From Acidimicrobiia bacterium (GTDB lineage: Bacteria; Actinomycetota; Acidimicrobiia; Spongiisociales; ZC4RG35): DNA of 64,000 bases. The position numbers and the translations under genes were made by a program. The notes under the pieces were generated by a model, which saw only the letters and a list, made by a program, of their open reading frames with translations, had not been told where the DNA came from and did not search any database. The stretch is from NCBI GenBank assembly GCA_036259475.1, contig DATABS010000021.1, positions 305-64,304 on the forward strand. Direction: 5' to 3'. Within the stretch, counting starts at the first letter, position 1; each line of letters starts with the position of its first letter. Positions 17,566-28,151 of the stretch are shown here, piece by piece.

Positions 17566-18573
17566 TCACCCCGTGCTCCACAGGGCGTAGAGGCAGCCCA
17601 GGTAGACGACCAGCACGAGGGTGGCGTCGGGCTCCAGGCGGCGAAATCTCGTCTCGGTGCCGTGGGCAATCGATGCCAGAACCAGAGTCATCAGCAGCAT
17701 GGCGGAGACGCCGCCGATTGCCTGATTGGGATCCACCGCCTTCATGAGTGACCCGGGAACGTAGAACAGGTCGGCGACGAGAAGCATGACCATGTTGAAG
17801 GCGTTGCTCCCGAACAGGTTCCCGACGGCCATGTCGTGGGCGCCGATCCGGAGGGCAGTGAGGGAAGCCACCAGTTCGGGCAGGGAGGTCGTGAAGGCGA
17901 GGAGGGTGGTGCCGACGAAGGTCTGGCCGATCCCGGTCTCTTCGGCGATGGCCGCGGCGGCGAGGGTGACCACCGGGGCGGCGACGAGGATCAAGATGGC
18001 TCCCGTGGCGAACCGCCGCACCGTGGACCGCAATTGTCCGTTCTCGGAGGCGGCGGAGCCGTCGGGCGCTTCGACGGACGAGTCCTCTCCGAACCTTCCT
18101 TTGGGGGAGCGGCGCATCCAGGCCAGTACCGCCAGATACGCCCCGGCGATCACGATCGTGTCTGCACCGACCCAGCCGACGACCAACGAAGAAGGAGCCA
18201 GCACGGCCAGAGTGGCGATGGCGGTGACCGCGGCGGCGAGCGCCGCCAGACGCGGTTGGCCGCCCTCGACGTTCTTCCAGACCTGGTGGCGACCCGCGAG
18301 GTCGACGATCCCCAGGATCGCCATGTTGGCCATGCTCGACCCGAAGAGGTTGCCAACCGCCAGATCGGGTCCATCGGTGAGCGAAGCGCTGGCAGTGGTC
18401 ACGATCTCCGGAAGTGACGTGGCGGCCGCCACCAAGATCATTCCCACCAAGAGACCCGAGGCGCCCGTCTGTTCGGAGATCTCGTCTCCGGCTCGGGACA
18501 CGCGGACTCCCGCCCACCCCACTACGGCGGACGAGGCGGCGAAGATGACTGCCAGTAGCCACAACGACATCAC
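17566..18573 (-). CDS. Ca2+/cation antiporter (CaCA, YrbG-like sodium/calcium exchanger)
   Basis: Two alpha-repeats carrying GNLFGSSMAN and GNLFGSNAFN. Confidence 0.85.
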   Translation of the reverse strand: MMSLWLLAVIFAASSAVVGWAGVRVSRAGDEISEQTGASGLLVGMILVAAATSLPEIVTTASASLTDGPDLAVGNLFGSSMANMAILGIVDLAGRHQVWKNVEGGQPRLAALAAAVTAIATLAVLAPSSLVVGWVGADTIVIAGAYLAVLAWMRRSPKGRFGEDSSVEAPDGSAASENGQLRSTVRRFATGAILILVAAPVVTLAAAAIAEETGIGQTFVGTTLLAFTTSLPELVASLTALRIGAHDMAVGNLFGSNAFNMVMLLVADLFYVPGSLMKAVDPNQAIGGVSAMLLMTLVLASIAHGTETRFRRLEPDATLVLVVYLGCLYALWSTG

Positions 18574-18665
18574 TCTCGGGCTGCCCGGTAGCCCGGGCGG
18601 CCAAACTGAGCGCCCCCGACAATCCCGCCGAAAGCCTCTCCCGCATCACATGGGGAACTGCCAAG

Positions 18666-19088
18666 ATGGGCGCCATGGAACGACCCACCGACCATCGAGG
18701 CTCCGAGGTGCTGTCCCGGGAAGAATGCGACCGCCTTCTCGACTCGGCCCAGGTGGGCCGGGTCGCCTTCCTCTATGCCGGCGATCCACACATCCTGCCC
18801 ATCAACTACCGGTTCCATCAGGGAGCGATCATCTTCCGCACCACTGTCGGCTCCAAGATGGACGCGGCAGAAATGCATCGGCGGTTCGCGTTCGAGATCG
18901 ACGGGTGGGATGCCGACTCCGGGTCGGGGTGGAGCGTCTTGGCCCACGGCATGGGTGAAGCGGTCACCGACCCGGAGGAGACGGCGGCGCTGGAGGGCCT
19001 CGGCCTGGTGTCCTGGGCGGGCGATGAATCCGAGGACATGTGGTTTCGGATCGCCCTCGATGACATCACCGGCCGAGGCGTCGGCTGA
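18666..19088 (+). CDS. Pyridoxamine 5'-phosphate oxidase family (F420/FMN-binding split barrel) protein
   Basis: REECDRLLDSAQVGRVAF...ILPINYRF is typical of the PPOX class. Confidence 0.8.
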   Translation: MGAMERPTDHRGSEVLSREECDRLLDSAQVGRVAFLYAGDPHILPINYRFHQGAIIFRTTVGSKMDAAEMHRRFAFEIDGWDADSGSGWSVLAHGMGEAVTDPEETAALEGLGLVSWAGDESEDMWFRIALDDITGRGVG

Positions 19089-19181
19089 GCCGCCGACCGC
19101 CAGGCTCGCATGTTGCTTCGGCGTCGGGCTTCTACCAGCCTGGGACCGTGAGAGCCCAAGCGATCCGCAGAAGGAGTTCAG

Positions 19182-19646
19182 ATGAGCATCATGGTGCCCC
19201 TCGACACATCCGAGGTGTCACGTTCGGCGCTGCCCCGGGCGGCCGAGTTGGCGGAGGCCCTGGGCGAGTCGCTCCTTCTCGTGACGGTGGCGGATCGCGC
19301 CACCATCGAGGCGATCGACGAACTGGCCTATAGCGAGGGCGATGACCCGGCCGACGTGCTCGAGCTGAACCTTCGCAGCCGGGCGCGCATGGTCGACGTC
19401 CCCGCCGAGACGGACGTCATGGTCGGGGAAGACGCCGCCGCCGTCATCGTCGATCGGGCCGATGGCAATGACGTGAGCATGATCGTCATGGCCACTCACG
19501 GCCGCACCGGCATCACGCGCTGGCGGCTAGGTAGCGTCGCAGAGCGAGTGGTACGTGCCTCTACCGTGCCCGTTCTGGTGGTCCCGGCACCTTGGAGGGT
19601 GAAACAGTCGCAAGCGGCATCGGGCGGCGAACGCGTCGGTGCCTGA
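19182..19646 (+). CDS. Universal stress protein (UspA family)
   Basis: C-terminal ATP-binding G-x2-G-x9-G-S wording (ATHGRTGITRWRLGSVAERV). GAAGGAG SD. Confidence 0.85.
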   Translation: MSIMVPLDTSEVSRSALPRAAELAEALGESLLLVTVADRATIEAIDELAYSEGDDPADVLELNLRSRARMVDVPAETDVMVGEDAAAVIVDRADGNDVSMIVMATHGRTGITRWRLGSVAERVVRASTVPVLVVPAPWRVKQSQAASGGERVGA

Positions 19647-19777
19647 CTCAGGGCATCTGTGATCGAGCGGGCAGCTAGCCGCGTTTAGGCGCGGCCAGGG
19701 TTCATTCGTCCGGCGTACCTGGGAACCAGCGTGCCGAAGCGCCGAACCCTCTATCTCACCGCCTGATCGGTGTTAGC

Positions 19778-22700
19778 GTGAACCAGGTGGTTCGCCGCGA
19801 CCAGCCGAGCGCCGACGACCTCCTGAGTGAGGTTCTCGAGCGGATAGGCGATCGGTCCGAGTCGCTCGCCTCCTTCGCTCGGGCTTACCTGAGGCGCCTC
19901 CCCTTCGATGCTGCCATGGCGCCCGGACCCGCCTGTCGGGAGGTCGAAAGCCTCTTCGATTTCATAGAGGTCCGTGAAGGCCCGATCGCGGTTCGGGTGT
20001 TCAATCCGGACCCGGGTCAGCACGGATACGAGTCGGCCGGAACCGTGGTCGAAACCCACGTCGACGACGCCCCTTTCCTCGTCGACTCGGTGATCGGCGA
20101 GTTACAGGCGCAGGATCTCGAGGTGGTGCGGGTCCTGCATCCTGTCATCGGCACCGTCCGGGATGCGACGGGCCGTCTCCGCTCAGTCGTCCCGGCGAGG
20201 CAGGGGGAGGCACGCGAGTCGGTCCAGCACTACGTCCTCGACACAGTCATTCCGCAACAGGACCACGCCGAGCTCGAAGGCCGGATCGAAGGCGTGCTGT
20301 CCGACGTGCTGGCCGCGGTCCGTGACTTCCCCGCGATGGTCGAGGCGACGGAGACGATGACGCAGGTCGCCCGCCAGGGCAAGGACCACTACCCGGATGT
20401 CGAGGTAGACGAGGCCGTCGCCTTCCTCGAATGGTTGACCGAGGACAACTTCGTATTTCTGGGATATCGCCAATATCGCGTGGTGGAGACGCCCGACGGC
20501 CCTGGCCTCGAGGTCGTCCCCGAATCGGGCCTCGGGATCCTGGCCGATCCCAGCACGTCGAAGGCATACGCCGCCGTACCGTTCTCATCGCTGCCGGATG
20601 AGGTGAACGCCCGCTACGAGCGGGGCGGGCTGCTCGTCATCTCGAAGACCAACCGGTTCTCGACCGTTCACCGCCACGCCCGGATGGACTACGTCGGAGT
20701 CCGGATGTTGGGACCGGACGGCGAAACCGTGGGCGAGGCGCGCCTGATCGGGCTGTTCACCTCCAAGGCGTACATGGAGTCGGTCGGCCGGATCCCCGTG
20801 CTACGTCAGAAGCTCGCCGAGGTCGCTTCCGCCGAAGATCTGATCGAGGGCTCTCACGATCACAAGGCGATCGTGAGTCTCATCGAAGGCTTTCCCAAGG
20901 ACGAGCTCTTCGGCTTGCCGACCGAGGATCTCAGACGGGTGGTCATGGGACTGCTGGCCTTGCAGGAACGAGCCCAGGTGCGGTTGTTCGTTCGTCGCGA
21001 CCTCCTCGACCGGGGAGTCCGGATCCTGGTTGCCATGCCTCGCGACCGGTTCTCGTCGGAGCTGAGAAGGAAGCTGCATGATCTCTTCGTCGAGCGGTAC
21101 GGCGGAACCGGAGCCGACTACCACCTCACCTTGGGACGCAGCGACATCGCCCGCCTCCACTTCACCGTTTGGGTCCCCGAGGGGCAGATCCCCGACGTGG
21201 CTTTCGAGGACCTGGACGCCGAGGTCATGGCCCTCACCCGTTCCTGGGCCGAGCGGGTCATCGACGAGCTCACTTCGCAGCACGGCGCCGCCCTCGCCAA
21301 AGAGATGGTCGAACGCTGGGGACCGCGTCTGCCCGACTACTACAAGTCGTCCACCCAGGTGGAGGTGGCAGCCGGAGACATCGCTCACCTCAGCCATCTC
21401 TACGAGAACGAGGCCCGCTCCTACGTGGGGCTCCAGAACGAAGAGGTCCAGGGCCCCGACGTCCTGACCCGCGTGGCCCTCTACGAACTGCAGGGGAAAC
21501 GGGCCCTGTCGGAGCTGACCCCGGCGCTCGAGGATATGGGGATGACGGTCGTCGAAGAAGTCCCGACCCGGCTGTACGGCGACGACGATCTGTTCATCCA
21601 CGACTTCGGTGTCCTCGGCCCCACCGGCGAGAGGCTCGACCTGGTCGAGGCGGGGGAGCGGGTCTCCAATGCCCTGTCCGCCGTGTGGGAAGGCCGGGCT
21701 GAGAGCGACTCCCTCAACCGCCTGGTGCTGGCGGCGGGTCTCGACCACCGCCAGGTCGCCATTCTCCGGGCCTATCAGACCTACTGGCGCCGGGTCAGTC
21801 CCACCTTCACCGTCAACTACGTGAACGACACACTGGTCGCTCATCCCGGCATCGCCGCCGGTCTCGTGAGGCTCTTCGAGCTGCGCTTCGACCCGGCTTC
21901 CGACGGGACGGGCTACGAAGGGGAGCGCCGGGAGGTCGTCGAGGCCCTGGACGCCGTGCCGTCCCTCGACGAGGACCGGATTCTCCGCGGGTTCCTGCGG
22001 CTGATCGACGCCACGACCCGCACCAACGCCTACCGGCCGGACCGGCGAAGCCTCGCCTTCAAGCTGCGCTCAGGGGACGTCCCGGACATGCCGTCGCCCG
22101 CCCCGCTGGTGGAGGTCTTCGTCCTAGGCGATGAGGTGGAAGGGATCCATCTGCGGGCCGGCCTGCGTGCCCGGGGCGGGATCAGGTGGTCGGAGAGGAG
22201 AGAGGACTATCGCACCGAGGTCCTCGGGCTGATGAAAGCCCAGGTGACGAAGAACTCGATCATCGTGCCGACCGGAGCCAAGGGTGGTTTTGTCCTGCGT
22301 CACCCGCCATCCGAGCCGGAGGCCGTGGCCGAGGCGGTCGCCGCCGCTTACGAGACCTACATCCGCGGCTTGCTGGACCTGGCCGACACGCTGGAAGGCG
22401 GCGAGGTGGTCCGGCCCGAGAATGTCCGGGTGCACGACGGTCCAGATCCCTACCTGGTGGTGGCGGCCGACCGGGGCACGGCGCGCCTCTCGGACACCGC
22501 CAACCGGATCGCCCAGGAGTATGGGTTCTGGCTCGACGACGCCTTCGCCTCGGGCGGAGCGACCGGCTACGACCACAAGCAACTGGGCATCACCGCCCGC
22601 GGCGCGTGGCAGTCGCTGGAGCGTCATTTCCTGGAAGAGCGGATCGATCCCCACTCCGACCCGTTCACGGCCATCGGCATCGGCGACATGTCCGGGGACG

Positions 22701-24553
22701 TCTTCGGCAACGGCATGCTCCGGTCATCGACGATCCGGCTGGTCGCGGCATTCGACCATCGTCATATCTTCATCGACCCGGATCCCGATCCCGCTGCCTC
22801 GTTCGAAGAGCGCCAGCGCCTGTTCCAGATGCCCCGCTCCAGCTGGAGCGATTACTCGCGGGACGTGATCTCCGCGGGTGGAGGGGTCTATTCGCGAATG
22901 GCTAAGCGGATCGAGCTCTCCGACCAGGCCCGGAAAGCCCTGGCGACCGACGTCGAGGCCGTCACCCCGTCGGAGTTGATCCGGTTGATCCTCCGCTCGC
23001 CGGTCGACCTCCTGTGGAATGGCGGAATCGGCACGTACGTCAAGGCGTCCGACGAGAGCAACCACGAGGTGGGGGACCGCGGCAACGACGCTGTCAGAGT
23101 CGACGGCTCGGAACTCCGCGCCCGGGTGGTGGTGGAAGGAGGGAATCTCGGGTTCACCCAGCGCGGGCGCATCCAATACGCCGCAACGGGCGGGCGGATC
23201 AATGCCGACTTCATCGACAATTCGGGAGGGGTGAACTGCTCGGATCGGGAGGTCAACCTGAAGATCCTGCTTCGGCTGGCCGAGCGCCGAGGCGAGATCG
23301 ACCGGGCCGAGCGAGACCGTCTGCTGGCGGAAGCAGCAGATGACGTCGTCGAGGCGATTCTCCACGACAGCCTCGCCCAGGCCCATCTCCTGGCGGTCGA
23401 GGCACCGGCTTCGGCCGAGAGGATGGATGGGTACGAGCAACTCATCGCCTCACTCGAGGAGCAGGGGATGCTGGACCGTGACGTCGACGTGCTGGCGACG
23501 ACCCAGGAACTGAGGCAACGGGCCGGACGCGGTCGGGGCCTCACCCGTCCCGAGGTGGCCGTCGTCCTCGCCCACGCCAAGAGGAGTGTGGCCGAGGCGA
23601 TTCTGTCTTCTTCGATTCCCGACGACGAAACCTTGCTCGACGACCTCGCCGCATACTTCCCTTCCGGCATCTCCGCCCGCTTCCCCCATCTGCTGTGGGA
23701 GCACCCACTGCGGCGGGAGCTGCTCGCCACGATCCTGGCCAACGACATCGTGAACTCGCAAGGCCCCACTTTCGTCTCGCGAATCGTGTCCCGGCGAGGG
23801 GTGAATCCGGCCCAGGTGGTGGCGGCTTTCCGAACGGCCCGAGCCGTGGCCGGAGCCGGGAGACGCCGCCAGATCGAGCGTCTCTTCGACGAGGTCGACC
23901 TGGAGGTCTGGACCGAGATGATGGCGGCAGACAGCCGCCTCGTCGCCACATTGACCCGCTGGTACCTGACGAACGTCCCGGAGGGGCTGGCGGAGGCGGA
24001 GCTGGAACGAACCGCCCGCCGGTTCGCCCAACTCGAGATCGAGGCCCGGGAATGGGGGTCGTTGCAGCGCCGGGCGGAGAGGAGCGCCCGCATGGACAGG
24101 CTTCGATCGGCCGGAGTGCCGCCCGATCTGGTAGTTCGCACCGCCGTGGCCGCCGACCTGGTCCATGCGCCGGACATCCTCGAAGTGGCCGAAGCGACGG
24201 GCCGGCCGATGAGCGATGTGGGCGTCGTCTTCCATCGGATCGGACGCGTCATGGGTCTCGACGCCCTGGAGCAGGTCGTGTCGAAAGTCAGGCTGTCCGA
24301 TACGTGGCAGCGCTGGGCCCTGCAGACCATCGAAGACGACCTGCGGGCCGTGCGGCGGTCCTTGGCCGAGCGCATCCTCATCGGGACGGGGGCCGAGTCG
24401 GTCGAGGAAGCCCTGGATGAATTCCTCGCCGAAAGGTCGACCGAAGCGGGACGGGTGGCGGAGCTGGTGGGCTCTCTCCAGTCCCAACCGATCAACGACG
24501 CCGCCCCCCTCATGGTGGCAGTCCGCCAACTCCAGACCCTCGCCGCCACCTAG
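19778..24553 (+). CDS. NAD-specific glutamate dehydrogenase, large (~180 kDa) GdhB type
   Basis: 1591 aa. The central catalytic block has KGGxR, GGxR...DxGxxxxD and DNSGG. GTG start. Architecture matches the large actinobacterial/proteobacterial NAD-GDHs. Confidence 0.9.
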   Translation: MNQVVRRDQPSADDLLSEVLERIGDRSESLASFARAYLRRLPFDAAMAPGPACREVESLFDFIEVREGPIAVRVFNPDPGQHGYESAGTVVETHVDDAPFLVDSVIGELQAQDLEVVRVLHPVIGTVRDATGRLRSVVPARQGEARESVQHYVLDTVIPQQDHAELEGRIEGVLSDVLAAVRDFPAMVEATETMTQVARQGKDHYPDVEVDEAVAFLEWLTEDNFVFLGYRQYRVVETPDGPGLEVVPESGLGILADPSTSKAYAAVPFSSLPDEVNARYERGGLLVISKTNRFSTVHRHARMDYVGVRMLGPDGETVGEARLIGLFTSKAYMESVGRIPVLRQKLAEVASAEDLIEGSHDHKAIVSLIEGFPKDELFGLPTEDLRRVVMGLLALQERAQVRLFVRRDLLDRGVRILVAMPRDRFSSELRRKLHDLFVERYGGTGADYHLTLGRSDIARLHFTVWVPEGQIPDVAFEDLDAEVMALTRSWAERVIDELTSQHGAALAKEMVERWGPRLPDYYKSSTQVEVAAGDIAHLSHLYENEARSYVGLQNEEVQGPDVLTRVALYELQGKRALSELTPALEDMGMTVVEEVPTRLYGDDDLFIHDFGVLGPTGERLDLVEAGERVSNALSAVWEGRAESDSLNRLVLAAGLDHRQVAILRAYQTYWRRVSPTFTVNYVNDTLVAHPGIAAGLVRLFELRFDPASDGTGYEGERREVVEALDAVPSLDEDRILRGFLRLIDATTRTNAYRPDRRSLAFKLRSGDVPDMPSPAPLVEVFVLGDEVEGIHLRAGLRARGGIRWSERREDYRTEVLGLMKAQVTKNSIIVPTGAKGGFVLRHPPSEPEAVAEAVAAAYETYIRGLLDLADTLEGGEVVRPENVRVHDGPDPYLVVAADRGTARLSDTANRIAQEYGFWLDDAFASGGATGYDHKQLGITARGAWQSLERHFLEERIDPHSDPFTAIGIGDMSGDVFGNGMLRSSTIRLVAAFDHRHIFIDPDPDPAASFEERQRLFQMPRSSWSDYSRDVISAGGGVYSRMAKRIELSDQARKALATDVEAVTPSELIRLILRSPVDLLWNGGIGTYVKASDESNHEVGDRGNDAVRVDGSELRARVVVEGGNLGFTQRGRIQYAATGGRINADFIDNSGGVNCSDREVNLKILLRLAERRGEIDRAERDRLLAEAADDVVEAILHDSLAQAHLLAVEAPASAERMDGYEQLIASLEEQGMLDRDVDVLATTQELRQRAGRGRGLTRPEVAVVLAHAKRSVAEAILSSSIPDDETLLDDLAAYFPSGISARFPHLLWEHPLRRELLATILANDIVNSQGPTFVSRIVSRRGVNPAQVVAAFRTARAVAGAGRRRQIERLFDEVDLEVWTEMMAADSRLVATLTRWYLTNVPEGLAEAELERTARRFAQLEIEAREWGSLQRRAERSARMDRLRSAGVPPDLVVRTAVAADLVHAPDILEVAEATGRPMSDVGVVFHRIGRVMGLDALEQVVSKVRLSDTWQRWALQTIEDDLRAVRRSLAERILIGTGAESVEEALDEFLAERSTEAGRVAELVGSLQSQPINDAAPLMVAVRQLQTLAAT

Positions 24554-24618
24554 CCGAGCGGGCGTCCAAGTTCGTCGGGACAAAGGGGTGGTGTCGCTCT
24601 ACCGTCTCTTGAGGAGGT

Positions 24619-25644
24619 ATGACTTTGAAGGTCGGAGTACTCACAGCCGGGGGCGATTGTCCCGGGCTCAACGCCGCCATCCGGGGTGTGGTGGCCCGGT
24701 TGGCGGCGGAGGACGTCGAGGTGGTCGGCATCCGCAACGGATGGAGGGGTCTCATCGAGGGAATCGCCTCACCTCTGACCCGCGACGACGTCCGCGGCAT
24801 CCTCCACGCCGGGGGCACCATCCTGGGCACCTCCCGGATGGATCCGTATGTCCACGGCCTCGGATTCGAGTCGGTTCGTACTACGGTCGACGACCTGGAT
24901 ATCGACGTCCTGGTAGTGATCGGCGGTGACGGCTCGTTGCGTACCGCCTCACGCCTCCATGGCGAAGGGCTGAGCGTCGTCGGAATTCCCAAGACTATCG
25001 ACAACGACATCCCCGGCACCGACGTGACTTTCGGGTTCCACACCGCCGTCCAGATCGTGACCGACGCCATCGATCGTCTCACCACCACGGCCGAATCCCA
25101 CAACCGCATAATGCTGGTGGAGGTCATGGGACGCACGGCCGGCTGGATCGCGGCCTACGCCGGCATGGCCGGCGGGGCCGAAGCGATCCTCGTCCCGGAG
25201 ATCCCCTACGACCTGGCGACGCTGGGAGAGCGCCTGAAGTCGCGCCATCGGACCGGTCACGACTATTCGATCGTGGTCATCGCCGAAGGGACGCCCGGCC
25301 CGGAGGGCAAAGAATCCACCCAGGGCGTGGACGCCTTCGGGTTCGATCGGCTGGGTGGAGTGGCAAATCAGGTCGCGGAGCAGTTGGAGGAACTGACCGG
25401 TTACGAGACGCGGGTGACGACCCTCGGCTATCTCCAGCGCGGGGGCACTCCGACGGCGTATGACCGGATCCTCGCCACGCGCCTCGGCGTCCGCGCCGCC
25501 GAGCTGGTGATGGAGGGACAAAGCGGAGTCATGGCGGCGCTCAGGGGAGATTCGATCGTGCCTGTGGACCTCGAGGAGGCCTGCCGCCGGCCCCGGCCGC
25601 TCGAGCCGGAGCGATATCGCGAAGCTGCTTGGTTCTTTGCGTGA
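24619..25644 (+). CDS. pfkA: 6-phosphofructokinase (ATP/PPi-dependent)
   Basis: N-terminal VGVLTAGGDCPGLNAAIRGVV, IGGDGS, and MGR...GW in the F6P site. GAGGAGG SD. Confidence 0.9.
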   Translation: MTLKVGVLTAGGDCPGLNAAIRGVVARLAAEDVEVVGIRNGWRGLIEGIASPLTRDDVRGILHAGGTILGTSRMDPYVHGLGFESVRTTVDDLDIDVLVVIGGDGSLRTASRLHGEGLSVVGIPKTIDNDIPGTDVTFGFHTAVQIVTDAIDRLTTTAESHNRIMLVEVMGRTAGWIAAYAGMAGGAEAILVPEIPYDLATLGERLKSRHRTGHDYSIVVIAEGTPGPEGKESTQGVDAFGFDRLGGVANQVAEQLEELTGYETRVTTLGYLQRGGTPTAYDRILATRLGVRAAELVMEGQSGVMAALRGDSIVPVDLEEACRRPRPLEPERYREAAWFFA

Positions 25645-25705
25645 GAGCATTCGGCGGACGTAGTCGCCGGTCGGCGTCTACGGTGACCGGGAGAGGTGGT
25701 TCGCC

Positions 25706-26419
25706 ATGTCGTGGAGACCGAGGGGAAGTCGGCCCGCCGCCGACGGCTCTCCGCTCTACTTCGAAGACAGAGCCGAGGCGGGACGCAGGCTGGCGACGCT
25801 GCTCGAACACCTGGCAGGTCCCAACACCGTCGTCCTGGGTCTCCCCCGGGGCGGGGTGCCGGTGGCCGCCGAGGTGGCGGCGGCGTTGGACGCCCGTCTC
25901 GATGTGATCGTCGTCCGCAAGCTCGGCGTTCCCTGGCAGCCAGAGTTGGCGATGGGAGCCATCGGCGGGTCGGACGTGAGGGTGCTCAATCAGGAGCTCG
26001 TCGACGCCCTCGACATCGACGAGAGGCAGATCGATTCGGTCGAGCGTGACGAGCGCCGGGAGCTCGACCGTCGTCGTCGAGCGTTTCGGGGAGACGTCGA
26101 ATACCCCGACCTTTCAGGAGCCGTGGCGGTGATCGTCGACGATGGGATCGCCACCGGTTCGACGGCGCTGGCGGCGTGTGCCGTCGCCCGGGCCCAGGGG
26201 GCGGCCCGCGTCGTCGTGGCAGCTCCCGTCGCGGCCCCGCCGGCGGTGGAAGCTCTCAGGACCCAAGCCGACGAGGTGGTGTGCCTCGGCACGCCGGATG
26301 AGTTTGGAGCGATCGGCGTCTTCTACGACGACTTCACCCAAACCTCCGACGCCGAGGTGCGCCGGTTGCTCGAAAGAACCCGCGGCGGAGTCGAAAGAGG
26401 CGAGGACCGGCCCGACTGA
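25706..26419 (+). CDS. Phosphoribosyltransferase-domain protein (predicted PRTase)
   Basis: FEDRAEAGRRLA...VVLGLPRGGVPVA...AVIVDDGIATGST PRPP-binding motif. Confidence 0.8.
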   Translation: MSWRPRGSRPAADGSPLYFEDRAEAGRRLATLLEHLAGPNTVVLGLPRGGVPVAAEVAAALDARLDVIVVRKLGVPWQPELAMGAIGGSDVRVLNQELVDALDIDERQIDSVERDERRELDRRRRAFRGDVEYPDLSGAVAVIVDDGIATGSTALAACAVARAQGAARVVVAAPVAAPPAVEALRTQADEVVCLGTPDEFGAIGVFYDDFTQTSDAEVRRLLERTRGGVERGEDRPD

Positions 26420-26477
26420 GCAGCCGGGTGACCGGCCGGCTTCCGTGACGCCCAGCCTAGTCGTAGAATAATTAGCC

Positions 26478-26909
26478 ATGGTAACTACTTCCGGGCCTCT
26501 CGTCCTTGCGGACCGCCTTCGGTTGGCGGTCGGCCGGCTGGCCCGCCGCCTCCGTCAACAATCCCTCGGTGGGCTCACGCCGTCGCAGCGATCGGTCCTG
26601 GCGACCCTCGATAGGCATGGAGCTACCACTATGAGCCAACTGGCGGAGCTCGAAGCCATCTCCCGGCCATCGGCCACCGGGATAACCCAGCGGCTGTTGG
26701 ATCAGGGGCTGGTCGAGCGCAATCCCCACCCGGATGACGGCCGTTCCGCCGTGATCCTGATATCAGCGGCAGGTCGCCGGATGCTCGAGCGGGGCCGGCG
26801 CGAGCGGACGGCCGTGCTGGCGAAGGGAATCGAAGCGTTGAGCCATGACGAGAGGCGGACCCTGGAGGAGGCCCTCGAGGTTCTCGACCGTCTCTTGGAG
26901 GAGGCGTGA
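26478..26909 (+). CDS. MarR family transcriptional regulator
   Basis: Winged-helix GLTPSQRSVLATLDRHGATTMSQLAELEAISRPSATGITQRLLDQGLVER. Preceded by an AT-rich patch and overlapping the MFS gene by 4 nt. Confidence 0.85.
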   Translation: MVTTSGPLVLADRLRLAVGRLARRLRQQSLGGLTPSQRSVLATLDRHGATTMSQLAELEAISRPSATGITQRLLDQGLVERNPHPDDGRSAVILISAAGRRMLERGRRERTAVLAKGIEALSHDERRTLEEALEVLDRLLEEA

Positions 26910-28150
26910 CGCCGCCGGGCATTCTCCTGCGTCGGGCGTTCTCGGCTCTCGCCGTCCACAACTTCCGCCTCTACTTCGCCGGTCAAGTGGTGTCGGTCTC
27001 CGGGACGTGGATGCAACGTGTCGCCCAGTCGTGGCTGGTGCTGGAGCTCACGGGGAGCGGAGCGGCGGTGGGAGGGGTGACCGCATTCCAGTTCCTGCCC
27101 ATCCTCCTGTTCGCTCCGATGGGCGGGCTCATCGCCGACCGGATGGACAAACGGCGCGTTCTCTACTTCAGCCAGTCCCTGGCCGGCCTCATCGCGCTGA
27201 CGCTGGGAATCCTCGTCCTGACTGACTCGGTGGAGCTCTGGATGGTCTATGGGCTTGCCCTGGCCCTCGGGATGGTGGGCAGCTTCGACAATCCGGCTCG
27301 CAACGCCTTCGTCATGGAGATGGTCGGACGATCCCGCCTCACCAATGCCGTGGGGCTCAACTCCGTCCTGGTGAACGGTGCCCGGATCATCGGTCCGGCG
27401 ATCGGCGGCGTGCTGATCGTGACGGTGGGGATCGGAGCCTGCTTTCTCATCAACGCAGCTTCTTACCTGGCACTGATAACCGCCCTCGCCGCCATGCGCG
27501 ACGAGGAGATCGAGCGGCCAGCGCCCGAGCGCCGCCGAGGCGGCCAGCTGCGGGAGGCATGGCGATATGTCCGGTCCGAGCCGGTGCTGTCGGTCCCGCT
27601 CGTCATGATGGGCGTGGTGGGGCTGTTCCTCTATGAATTCGAGGTGTCGCTCCCGCTCATGGCCCGCTTCGCGTTCGGAGGCGACGCCGACTCGTTCGGG
27701 ACGATGTTCGCCGCGATGGGCGTGGGAGCCGTCGGCGGGGGGCTGTACACCGCCACCCGGGGTGACCGGCCGGGACGCACTCTGATCCGCCTGTGCTATT
27801 TGCTGGGGGCGGCGGTCGGTGTGGCCGCCGTCATGCCGTTGTACTGGATGGAGCTGGTCGCTCTGGTGGCGGTGGGGGCGCTGTCGACCAGCTTCCTCAC
27901 CCTCGGCAACTCTGTGCTCCAGCTGCACTCGTCTCCGGAGATGCGGGGTCGGGTCGTCGCGCTGCGGGCTGTGGCCGTTCTGGGAGCGCGCCCGTTCGGA
28001 GCACCGATCGTCGGTTGGATCGGCGAGCACCTCGGCCCGCGATACGGGATGGGAATCGGGGCGGTGGCGGCCATCGTCGTGGCGGTATGGGCTCACCGCT
28101 GGGTGATCGGATACGACGCCCGGCGTCAGACCGCCGAGAAGCCGGCCTAG
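26906..28150 (+). CDS. MFS transporter (efflux-type, 12 TM)
   Basis: MFS motif A-like GxLaDRxDKRR (GGLIADRMDKRRV). Forms a marR-MFS operon. Confidence 0.85.
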   Translation: MTPPGILLRRAFSALAVHNFRLYFAGQVVSVSGTWMQRVAQSWLVLELTGSGAAVGGVTAFQFLPILLFAPMGGLIADRMDKRRVLYFSQSLAGLIALTLGILVLTDSVELWMVYGLALALGMVGSFDNPARNAFVMEMVGRSRLTNAVGLNSVLVNGARIIGPAIGGVLIVTVGIGACFLINAASYLALITALAAMRDEEIERPAPERRRGGQLREAWRYVRSEPVLSVPLVMMGVVGLFLYEFEVSLPLMARFAFGGDADSFGTMFAAMGVGAVGGGLYTATRGDRPGRTLIRLCYLLGAAVGVAAVMPLYWMELVALVAVGALSTSFLTLGNSVLQLHSSPEMRGRVVALRAVAVLGARPFGAPIVGWIGEHLGPRYGMGIGAVAAIVVAVWAHRWVIGYDARRQTAEKPA

Positions 28151-28151
28151 C

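Noticed and set aside
17405-18688. 427-aa minus-strand ORF and 390-aa plus-strand ORF overlapping the CaCA antiporter gene
   Set aside because: Frame artefacts (R/G/P-rich). The CaCA gene has signature alpha-repeats.
20801-24583. Multiple 300-550-aa antisense ORFs inside the glutamate dehydrogenase gene
   Set aside because: Opposite strand of a 1591-aa gene with strong family features. Low-complexity composition.
26702-28096. 464-aa minus-strand ORF over marR-MFS
   Set aside because: Antisense artefact; His/Arg/Gly-rich.
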